From Gemmatales bacterium (lineage in GTDB: Bacteria > Planctomycetota > Planctomycetia > Gemmatales > HRBIN36): DNA of 64,000 bases. Under the pieces are notes generated by a model, which saw only the letters and a list, made by a program, of their open reading frames with translations, made no database searches and had not been told where the DNA came from. The translations under genes and the position numbers were made by a program. The stretch spans positions 180,773 to 244,772 of the forward strand of contig JBEPZY010000003.1 of the NCBI GenBank assembly GCA_041640595.1, given 5' to 3'. Positions 9,531 to 18,068 of the stretch are shown here, piece after piece; position 1 is the first letter of the stretch, and every line of letters begins with the position of its first letter.

Positions 9531-9650
9531 CGCTGGCAGACATGCTGCCTCGGTCAGCGGACACCTCGGTTCCATCAGCCGAGACACCGATCCCGTGAGA
9601 CGACACATCACTTTGGTTAGCGGACATACCGCTTCGGTCGGCGGGTACGC
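9531..9650. repeat. Degenerate 21-bp tandem repeat, about 6 copies
   Basis: Units such as GGTCAGCGGACAC (9552), CATCAGCCGAGAC (9573), CGTGAGACGACAC (9594), GGTTAGCGGACAT (9615) and GGTCGGCGGGTAC (9636), spaced 21 nt apart. Confidence 0.55.
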
Positions 9651-10050
9651 CCCGGTGATCGTCGCGGTTGCTCGTTAAGCGATCATCACACGCCGCCCTA
9701 ATCATTAGATGCCGGCAAGGTCAAACGGACAAGCAGTCAACGGACAAACGGCCTTAGTCGCCGGCAGCTTCTGGCCATCCCTATACACTGAACCGATGCG
9801 GGCGCGCTGGTTGATGACACGGTCATCGAAGAATGGAAAGCTTCGGGCCCTCCCTATCAACTGAACCGGTGCGGGCCCAATACGCAAACCTGCTCGAACG
9901 GCAATCATCTTTTGCACCTGGCTTGGGCTCGATAAGCGGCGGGCGAGTACTGGCTGGTGGCGGGCGACGGGTGACCAGTGAGGGCTGTCGGCGACCTGAG
10001 CAATGCCTGGGCAGGAAACCTGGCGATAGAATGGTAGCAGGAGGTGTGGC

Positions 10051-11640
10051 GTGTTTCGCAATGTGCTGCGAGTGCTTGGCCGAAATCCGGAAACGGTTGG
10101 TGGGATTGCGGCTGGTCTGGTGCTGGTTTCATTGTTGATGTGGTGGCTGGTTTCGCGGCAGGGCGGTGGGCTAACGGTACCCGCTTTATCTTCGGGAGAG
10201 CAGGAAATTGCCTGGCTGATGCCGGCGACGAATCGGCCGAACTGGGACCGTTTCCTCGAGGCCGCTCGTTTGCTGGTGGCCCATTCCGGTGGAGAACTTT
10301 CCTGGGCCAGCGATCCGGTGCTGGCACGCGGTTCACGGGATATTCCCGGTTTCGCTCTGGCTCGACGAAATGGCACAGGACGGTTGTGGTTCCGCTGGTA
10401 CAAGCTGACCAGCGACTACTCGGCGGAGCACTGGCTGGCGGGATTGTTGCGACGCCGACCCAAGCCCCTGGCGATTCTCGGTGGCAATACCAGCGACCGT
10501 GCCCTGGAACTGGCTCGATTACTTCGACACTGGCACGACTCCGACAGCAGTACTCCAGCGCTCCTGCTGACCACTGCCACCGCAGATGACGTCGAGGTCG
10601 CGCCTGGTGAAGGACTTTATCCCCTGCTCCAGGTGTACCCGCAGCGAAGCTTTCGCTTTTGTTTCACGAACCGACAAATGGCCGACGCGCTGGTGGATTT
10701 TCTATCCTGCCGGCCGGATTGGTTGCCCGAAGATAGTGTCTGGGATGCCATAACCTGGCGGGATGACCCCTATTCCGAGGATTTTACCAACCGCGTTAGC
10801 GACGCCCTGCTCCAGCGAAATCTCGGGCAGGTGCGAAAGTCGGTCGTGCCTTACAGCGTTGGCGAGGCTTGGCTACCCAACGTGCGGGAACGCCAGATCA
10901 TCGAAGAGGACCTGGCCGAGCGGATAGCGCAAACACCGGCCTCGCCGCGCGTTCTGGTTTTGCCCACAGTGGAACGAACCGCGCGACGGGTGCTGATCGG
11001 CCTGGGGCAAGCAGCGCCCTTGACCGCGGGGCAGATTACCGTAGTGGTCGGCGATTCCATCAGCTTCAACGTGGTCTGCCGCGACCGACGGCTGCTCTGG
11101 CCAACGGAATTGCTGCCCATGCGGGTGCTCCTTTTCGCTCACGAAGACCCGGCACACCTGATGGGCACCACGTCGCCCCGGCTGGCGGAACTGGCTTCCC
11201 AGACCGCATCCGCGATAGGCAAGGTGTGTGGCCAGTGGCCAGTGAGCATTCCCGCGTTCAGCCAGCTATGCAACCGGCATGCTGCTACGGACGATCTGCT
11301 TTTGTGGGTGCGGATTCTGCAAGCGGTAACCCAGGCCGCCTGGACGACGCAAAGCAGCCAGCATCAGCCTGCTGCTCCCGGACCGGGATCACACCTGGCG
11401 GATGTGGAAACGTTCCTGATGCGGCTGCGGAATTTCCGAAACGAGCAGGGAGAACCTTTCTTCGAGGCCGACGGCAATCGTCGTTTGGGTTCCGGTGAGT
11501 ATGTCGTCTGTTTGCAACCTGTACGCCGACCTTACCGTCTCGATACTTGGGCGGTGCTTGAAATCTGGCACAGGCGTCCCGATCCGGAACGGCAACGGTC
11601 CTGGTATCTGCAAAATCGCTGGCTTTTGTGCGAGGAGTAA
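10051..11640 (+). CDS. Membrane-anchored protein, probable periplasmic-binding-protein-like (type I) fold
   Basis: One N-terminal TM segment. 'LAILGGNTSDRALELA', 'LLLTTATAD' and 'FRFCFTNRQMADAL' resemble the branched-chain amino-acid-binding fold. GGAGG RBS. Confidence 0.6.
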   Translation: MFRNVLRVLGRNPETVGGIAAGLVLVSLLMWWLVSRQGGGLTVPALSSGEQEIAWLMPATNRPNWDRFLEAARLLVAHSGGELSWASDPVLARGSRDIPGFALARRNGTGRLWFRWYKLTSDYSAEHWLAGLLRRRPKPLAILGGNTSDRALELARLLRHWHDSDSSTPALLLTTATADDVEVAPGEGLYPLLQVYPQRSFRFCFTNRQMADALVDFLSCRPDWLPEDSVWDAITWRDDPYSEDFTNRVSDALLQRNLGQVRKSVVPYSVGEAWLPNVRERQIIEEDLAERIAQTPASPRVLVLPTVERTARRVLIGLGQAAPLTAGQITVVVGDSISFNVVCRDRRLLWPTELLPMRVLLFAHEDPAHLMGTTSPRLAELASQTASAIGKVCGQWPVSIPAFSQLCNRHAATDDLLLWVRILQAVTQAAWTTQSSQHQPAAPGPGSHLADVETFLMRLRNFRNEQGEPFFEADGNRRLGSGEYVVCLQPVRRPYRLDTWAVLEIWHRRPDPERQRSWYLQNRWLLCEE

Positions 11641-11690
11641 GTAACCGCAGCCGGTCGGAAGGAATTAGCCATTTGAGGCGAGATAAGCCC

Positions 11691-13484
11691 GTGAAGCTCT
11701 GGCGGGAGTGGCTGATTGGTCTGGTGCCGCCGCTTATTTTGCTGGTGCTGCTCGCACTGGCGAGCGGTTACGCGGTTTATTTTCGCTTTCGCGGTGAGGA
11801 AGCTGCCGACGAACGCGCCCTCCGCGAATGGCTCGAAGAATCACGCGTCTTCCGCAAAACCCTTTCGGAACTGGGCCGCGAGTATTTCTCCGCCACCTCC
11901 GCAGAACAACGCGAAAAGCTCCGACAGGAATTGCAGGACCAGTTGTATGCGATCGCCGCCCCGCTGCGTCAGTTTGCCACTCACCTGCCTTTGTTTCCCA
12001 CGGTGTATCGCCTGGAATTGCATTTACGGCCGTCTGGAAAAAACCGTGCCACTGCTTCGTCACCTGACAACTTTGCCGGCGATCCCACTGACAACGGGTT
12101 GACGTTACTTTCCGACCAGCGTCCGGAACAAAACCCCGACGCGGCGCAAACCGTTATCGTGTGGGAAAGCGCGTTGCCTTTCGACGCCGAGCAGGTTCGC
12201 CGGCTGGAACACGTGCTGGTAGAAGATGCGCTCGGAAGCATGCGGGCGGTGGTCTGGTATCAGTTACACGCCTTCGCGCATCAGCAACTTCGCGCCATGG
12301 AACAGGAACGGTTTACCTGGGGACTGCTAAGTCTCATCCTGGGCATCTCGTTGGCAGCAGTGGCCTGGGTAGCGGTCTATCTGTTCCGACAGCGACGCCG
12401 GGAGCAGGAAGCCACCGCCGCACGTCAGCGGTTAGAGGAAGCGCGTCGGCTGGCCCTGGAAAACGAATTACGCCGACAGCGAGCCGAGCAGGAGGCCCTG
12501 CAGTTGCGTTCGCAGATTTTCGCCCAGCTGGCCGTGCTCGCCGGCTGTTATGCCCACAACATCAAGAATCTGCTGGTGCGGCCGATAGCCCTGCTGCGGC
12601 AGTGCTTGCAGCAACCGATTGAAGATCAGCTCCGCACCGCTTTGCAGGAAGTGGAAAGCGCACTGGGCACCGTGACCGATCGTTTGCAGGAAATTCTCCA
12701 CACCGTCCGGCGCGATCCCACGCAAAGCGAGCGAGTCCATTTCGATCTGAACAGCCTGGTCAGCGAAGTGCATGCGCAGTGGTCGGAACTGGCCCGTCAG
12801 CGCTGGAAGCTGGAATTGCAAGTCGAACCGAACCCGGAGCCGCTTCCGGTCTTTGCCGATCGTTCGCAGATTCTGCAAGCAGTGGAAAATCTCCTGTTCA
12901 ATGCTCGCGATGCGACCTTCGAAATGCGGAACCGCTTACGTCAGCGTGCCTATGCCGAAATGGGCGACGCCGAGGCTCGTAAACAGGCACTGTTGCAAGC
13001 GGCAGCCTGGCGAGGGTGCGTAGAGTTGCGCACGTATCGTCTGCCGATGAACATTCGCCCCGCGGCAACGCCACCGGAGATTGCTTCCAAACCGCAATCA
13101 TCTGCCGTACCCACGCACCGTGCCGGTGAATGCACCGGTTCCGAAAACAATAATCCGCTACCGGATGGGCACACACAACGGAGCCGAGCCGCAACCTGGG
13201 CGGTTCTCGAAGTCAGCGATAACGGAGTCGGCATGACGCCCGAAGTCCTGGCTCGATGTACCGAACCATATTTCACCACCAAACGCGACAGCGCTGTTCA
13301 TGAAGGCAACGCCACCGGCATCGGCCTGGGATTAGCTTTCGTTCGCATTATCGTCGAGCAACATGGCGGTCAGTTGCACATGGAGTCGTGTCCGGAAGCG
13401 GGAACTCGGGTATGTTTGCTGCTGCCGATGCAGGAAGCGGACGTGCTCCCGACCACCGCCAGAGAAGCTCCTGCCTCAGCATAG
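11691..13484 (+). CDS. Membrane sensor histidine kinase
   Basis: Two TM segments, H-box 'AHNIKN', N-box 'ENLLFNARDA', 'VSDNGVGM', 'EPYFTTK' and 'GIGLGL'. Start could be 11628. Confidence 0.9.
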   Translation: MKLWREWLIGLVPPLILLVLLALASGYAVYFRFRGEEAADERALREWLEESRVFRKTLSELGREYFSATSAEQREKLRQELQDQLYAIAAPLRQFATHLPLFPTVYRLELHLRPSGKNRATASSPDNFAGDPTDNGLTLLSDQRPEQNPDAAQTVIVWESALPFDAEQVRRLEHVLVEDALGSMRAVVWYQLHAFAHQQLRAMEQERFTWGLLSLILGISLAAVAWVAVYLFRQRRREQEATAARQRLEEARRLALENELRRQRAEQEALQLRSQIFAQLAVLAGCYAHNIKNLLVRPIALLRQCLQQPIEDQLRTALQEVESALGTVTDRLQEILHTVRRDPTQSERVHFDLNSLVSEVHAQWSELARQRWKLELQVEPNPEPLPVFADRSQILQAVENLLFNARDATFEMRNRLRQRAYAEMGDAEARKQALLQAAAWRGCVELRTYRLPMNIRPAATPPEIASKPQSSAVPTHRAGECTGSENNNPLPDGHTQRSRAATWAVLEVSDNGVGMTPEVLARCTEPYFTTKRDSAVHEGNATGIGLGLAFVRIIVEQHGGQLHMESCPEAGTRVCLLLPMQEADVLPTTAREAPASA

Positions 13485-15125
13485 ACCATCGCGCAAGATT
13501 TCGCGGGCAGCGTTATAACCGCAGGCTCCCATCACACCACCGCCCGGATGCGTGGCTGCGCCGCACAGGTACAATCCGCGGATCGGCGTGCGGTAATTCG
13601 CATACCCCGGCACCGGACGAAAGCAAAACAGTTGCGGCAGGGTCATCGCTCCCTGAAAGATGTTGCCGCCGGTCAGACTGAACTCCCGCTCCAAATCCAG
13701 CGGCGAGAGCACCTGCCGATGCAGCACGGCTCGCGGCACGTTGGGAGCATATTGCCCGACAATTTCCAGACAGCGATCGGCAAATGCCTCTTTGATTTCG
13801 TCCCAGTTTCCTTGCCGCAAATGATACGGTGCATACTGCACGAAAATGGACATGATGTGGCGACCAGGCGGGGCAACGGTGGCATCCACCGTGCTCGGTA
13901 CGGTGATCTCCAGAATCGGTGCTTGCGAGGGTTGACCGTACTTGGCATCGTCAAACGCACGCTCCAGGTAGTCGAAACCAGGGCAGATGTGAATGGTACC
14001 GTGAAGCTGTCCCCGATCATTTCCCGGCAGAGCCGTGAAACTGGGCGCTTCTGCCAGAGCCAGGTTGATTTTCATCGAAGCACTGGAGTAATCCAGTCGG
14101 CGGACGGCTTCGAGGAAATCCTCGGGTAACGTTTGCGGCTCGCACAGCCGGAGAAAAGTTACGTGGGCATCGGCGTTGGAGACGACGACGGAACTGCGAA
14201 ACTCGCGGCCATCGGTGAGCACTACCCCGCGTGCCTGGTCACGCTCGACGAGAATGCGAGCTACCTCCGCCTGGGTCAGGATGGCGGCTCCGTGCTCCTG
14301 AGCCGCACTGGCAAGGGCGCGCGTCAAGGCCCCCATGCCGCCCTGCACATAGCCCCACACTCCCCGCACGCCTTCGCACTCACCCATTACGTGATGAAAC
14401 AACACATAAGCGGTACCAGGCTGCGACGGGGAAGCCAGCGTTCCGATGATCGCATCCGTGGCAAGCGTCACCTTCAGTTCTTCCGATTCAAACCAGCGGT
14501 CGAGAATACTGCGGGCCGGAGCAGTGAGAATCTCCACCAGACGGTGTCCCAGTTGCCGACCCAGACCCCGAAATCGCCAGCCGAGTCGCAGCGTACCGGT
14601 AAGGTCCTGCCAGGTGTTGGCCCACGGATCGGGGGGCGTTTGCATCAAGGTAGGTTCGATAAAGCCTGCGATCTCTTCCAGCCAGCGTTCGTAGCGCGGG
14701 TAGGCTTCGGCATCGCGTCTGGAGAATTTGCCGATTTCAGCGGCGTTCAAATCGGCATCCGGACCCAGTAAAAGATACCTGCCATCCGGAAAGGGCGTAA
14801 ACGAAGAGGGTCGGCGTGGCAGCATCTGAAACCCGTGCCGTTTCAGTTCCAGCTCTCGAACAATCTCCGGGCGAAACAGGCTGTTGACGTAAGCGCACAC
14901 CGAGACCTGAAAACCTGGCCACAGTTCCTCGGTAACACATGCCCCGCCCACGACGTGGCGACGCTCCAGTACCAGCACGCTTTTCCCTGCACGGGCCAGA
15001 TAGGCAGCACAAACTAGCCCGTTGTGACCGGCACCAATAACGATGGCGTCATAAAAACTGCGGAGCGCTGGCGAAGGCAGGGTCGAACCGACTGAGCGAG
15101 ACCGATTCTCTGCCGGGCCAGCCAT
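13476..15125 (-). CDS. FAD-dependent oxidoreductase, phytoene-dehydrogenase-like family
   Basis: 'IVIGAGHNGLVCAAYLA...ERRHVVGGA', 'GGMGALT', 'GGNIFQG' and 'LYLCGAATHPGGGV'. Confidence 0.9.
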   Translation of the reverse strand: MAGPAENRSRSVGSTLPSPALRSFYDAIVIGAGHNGLVCAAYLARAGKSVLVLERRHVVGGACVTEELWPGFQVSVCAYVNSLFRPEIVRELELKRHGFQMLPRRPSSFTPFPDGRYLLLGPDADLNAAEIGKFSRRDAEAYPRYERWLEEIAGFIEPTLMQTPPDPWANTWQDLTGTLRLGWRFRGLGRQLGHRLVEILTAPARSILDRWFESEELKVTLATDAIIGTLASPSQPGTAYVLFHHVMGECEGVRGVWGYVQGGMGALTRALASAAQEHGAAILTQAEVARILVERDQARGVVLTDGREFRSSVVVSNADAHVTFLRLCEPQTLPEDFLEAVRRLDYSSASMKINLALAEAPSFTALPGNDRGQLHGTIHICPGFDYLERAFDDAKYGQPSQAPILEITVPSTVDATVAPPGRHIMSIFVQYAPYHLRQGNWDEIKEAFADRCLEIVGQYAPNVPRAVLHRQVLSPLDLEREFSLTGGNIFQGAMTLPQLFCFRPVPGYANYRTPIRGLYLCGAATHPGGGVMGACGYNAAREILRDGLC

Positions 15126-15317
15126 GGCCTCCTCCGTTGCACCTCATCAAGGGCGACCTGGTCATCGCCCTGGCCGTCGGTTGGCAATCTGCCGGTCGCC
15201 CCTGCAATTGGCTGCCGAGAGGGCGAAGGTTGCTGCGCTGGGCAACGGTTCACCCGTGGTCCCTGCAACGGTGACGAGCTGGCGGTTGCCCCTTCCGCTC
15301 CCCAGTAACCGTCGGCA

Positions 15318-16205
15318 TCACTCTTTAGCCGGTTTACCGCTGCCGATGGTGTACAGGTAGATGATGTGATCGCGGAAACCGCTTTGTTCGCTCACCGTGA
15401 CTACCGAATCGGGTTTCCAGCCGGGCACTTCGAAGTCGTGCGAAACCACGCGGGCGCCGGGCTTCAGTTCACGCTCCAGGATGGGGCGAACTTTCTGGTT
15501 GAATTCGGGCAACATGTACAGTGTGACGACGGTAGCGCGGCTGATGTCATGGACTTTGAGAGCATCGCCCAGACGGATTTCCACGAGCTTTTCGACACCG
15601 TTTTTCTTGACGTTTTCCAGTGCCTCCTTGACCCGCACGGGGTCAATATCAATACCGACACCGCGAGCGCCGAATTTTTTGGCGGCCAGCACGACGATCC
15701 GTCCGTCGCCGCATCCCAGATCATAGACGATGTCGTTTTTGCTCACCTTGGCTACTTCGAGCATCTTCATCACCACCTCTTCGGAGGTGGGCACGAAGAT
15801 AATCTCGCTGGAAGCGGTGTCTTTGCCTGGCCGCAAATCCACGACGACTTCCTTGCCGGCTTCAAATTCCACGACCCGCATCCGCACGTGTTTGAAGCCG
15901 TTGGTGGGATGGATGAGTTTGAGCACGTAGAAGTAAGTTTTGCCCGGTTCCAGTGGCGGTGTCAAAAAGAGGCGTTCCTCGCCGGTGGATTTGGTCTTTT
16001 CCCCACCAATTTCCAGCTCGGCATCTTTCGGTAACAGGACGCGAATCAGCGCTTTGTCCGACGGAATGGGGTTACTGCTCTGCTGCTGCCCCACGGCGCT
16101 GATACGCCAGCCTGTCCAGGCCAGCGCAGCCAACAAACCCAGTCCTGCAACCAGGGCCAGCACGATAGTGCAAATCCGTGCACGCACCATTTGTTGCCGC
16201 ATCAT
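15318..16205 (-). CDS. Signal/TM + TIGR03000-like domain + class I SAM methyltransferase
   Basis: Hydrophobic N-terminus, 'LPKDAELEIGGEKTKSTGEERLFLTPPLEPGKTY', and SAM motif 'VYDLGCGDGRIV'. Confidence 0.85.
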   Translation of the reverse strand: MMRQQMVRARICTIVLALVAGLGLLAALAWTGWRISAVGQQQSSNPIPSDKALIRVLLPKDAELEIGGEKTKSTGEERLFLTPPLEPGKTYFYVLKLIHPTNGFKHVRMRVVEFEAGKEVVVDLRPGKDTASSEIIFVPTSEEVVMKMLEVAKVSKNDIVYDLGCGDGRIVVLAAKKFGARGVGIDIDPVRVKEALENVKKNGVEKLVEIRLGDALKVHDISRATVVTLYMLPEFNQKVRPILERELKPGARVVSHDFEVPGWKPDSVVTVSEQSGFRDHIIYLYTIGSGKPAKE

Positions 16206-16271
16206 TTTGCTCTCCTCGTAAGCGATTCGTCCCAGGGATCACCGGGGAAAAGCGCGTCGCTCTCGTCGGCG

Positions 16272-17765
16272 CTAATTTCCTTCCTTTTGCAGCGGGATGA
16301 TATAGAGATACACCGTATGTTCGCGTGCGAATCCTTCACCGGGATCTACGCGCACTTCCTTGACGTGTTTGTAGCCGGGGATGCGAAAATCGTGGGTGAC
16401 CACGCGCGAGCCGGGTTTCATCTTCTGCAATTGCGGCACCAGTTTCGCGTTCAGGTTGGGCAACAGGTACAAACAAACAACGGTCGCGGGACTGACGTCC
16501 ACGGTGAAGATGTCGCGCTGTTCGATTTTGACCAGGTCTTCCACGCCGTTTTTCTTGACGTTTTCCAGCGACTCCTTGATGCGTTCGGGGTCAATGTCGT
16601 AGCCGACGGCCTTGCACTTGTACTTGCGGGCAGCGGTGACGACGATGCGTCCATCGCCACAACCCAGGTCGTACACGACATCGTCTTTGGTCACGCCGGC
16701 CACTTCCAGCATCTTTTCCACCACTTTTTGCGGTGTAGGAACGTACACGACATCCGGTTTGAGCTTCGGCTTGTCCTGCTGGAGGACATAAAACGCATCA
16801 GCTGCGCGGTTGCCCAATCCTTTGCCGGGTGCCTCCGGCTTATCAGACCCTTTGATAATCCACAAATAAACGTCGTGTTCCAGGCCGTTCTCGTCGGTTA
16901 CGGTGATGTGTTTATCGGGCTTCCAATCGCCCATGTCGAAATCGTGGGAGACGATGCGGGTGCCCGGCTTGAGTTTCTGCAACTTCGGCCGCAGTTTCAG
17001 ATTCAATTCGGGGAGCAGGTACAGGGTGATTACGGTGGCCTCGCTCAGGTCCACCTGGAAGAGATCGGCCCGCTCAATGGTGACGAGCTTTTCGACGCCA
17101 TTCTTTTTGACATTGTCCAGCGACTCTTTGATCCGCTCGGGATCAATGTCGATCCCCTTCCCGCGTGCTCCGTACTTTTTGGCCGCCGTGACCACTATCC
17201 GCCCATCACCGCAGCCCAGGTCATACACGACATCCTTGTTGGTCACCTGGGCCAGTTCCAGCATCTTCTCCACCACAGGTTGCGGCGTGGGAACGAAGAT
17301 AACGTCGGGCTTGCGATTTACTGGCGGCTCTTTTTTCTCTGGGGCCGGCTGAACCGGTTTAGGCTCGGCTTTTTTCTCCTCGGCCTTCTTTTCAGCGGGC
17401 TTTTTATCTTCGGGCTTTTTCACCGGTGGCTTCTGATCGGTCTTTTTCGGTTCGGGACGGGCTACGCGGAAATCAAATTCGGCCGGTTTGCCGCCGACGA
17501 ACGTGATCACCTCTTTGCGCACCGTGCCGTCCGCGTAGATGATCACCACGTCGTAGGTGTACTCGCGCCCCGCACGAATCGGCGGCGTCAGAAATTGCCG
17601 CAACTCACCGGTCGCCTTGGTAGCGTAGCCGCCGATTTCCAGTTTCGCGTCCGCGGGAACACGGATGGTGATCCCCGTCTGGACAAGAACCTCGCGCTGG
17701 GCCAGCGTGACAGTTACGCTCACGTCCAGCAGGAGCAGCAGCGTCAGGCCAATCCGCTTCGACAT
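16272..17765 (-). CDS. Signal peptide + TIGR03000-like domain + two tandem SAM methyltransferase domains
   Basis: 'VPADAKLEIGG...TGELRQFLTPP', a Lys/Pro-rich linker, and two copies of 'FVPTPQ..V..ML...VYDLGCGDGRIVVTAA'. Confidence 0.87.
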   Translation of the reverse strand: MSKRIGLTLLLLLDVSVTVTLAQREVLVQTGITIRVPADAKLEIGGYATKATGELRQFLTPPIRAGREYTYDVVIIYADGTVRKEVITFVGGKPAEFDFRVARPEPKKTDQKPPVKKPEDKKPAEKKAEEKKAEPKPVQPAPEKKEPPVNRKPDVIFVPTPQPVVEKMLELAQVTNKDVVYDLGCGDGRIVVTAAKKYGARGKGIDIDPERIKESLDNVKKNGVEKLVTIERADLFQVDLSEATVITLYLLPELNLKLRPKLQKLKPGTRIVSHDFDMGDWKPDKHITVTDENGLEHDVYLWIIKGSDKPEAPGKGLGNRAADAFYVLQQDKPKLKPDVVYVPTPQKVVEKMLEVAGVTKDDVVYDLGCGDGRIVVTAARKYKCKAVGYDIDPERIKESLENVKKNGVEDLVKIEQRDIFTVDVSPATVVCLYLLPNLNAKLVPQLQKMKPGSRVVTHDFRIPGYKHVKEVRVDPGEGFAREHTVYLYIIPLQKEGN

Positions 17766-18068
17766 GGTTAGACTCCTCTCGGTGAAGCAGGTTTCCAGGT
17801 CACAGGAGCCAGCTCAATCACCAATGCCAGCGCCTTCAGGGTTGCAGCTACCGCATTCCTTTCGACTGTACTCATCCCTTCTTGGAGCCAGTATTGTAGA
17901 GAGAAGCGCGTGGAAATAAATCCCCCGCATTTTTGGGCGGCTGGATGTCGGCGACTCGTCACCGGCGATCTTCGGGTGTCGGGCGAAGTCCCGCGTGTTG
18001 GCTTGTTGACCATAGTTGCGGCAATTGCCCGGCATTCCGGATTTCGGTCGGGGCAACGCTTCCGGGCA

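Noticed and set aside
16191..17771. 526-aa + strand ORF
   Set aside because: Antisense shadow of the methyltransferase gene.
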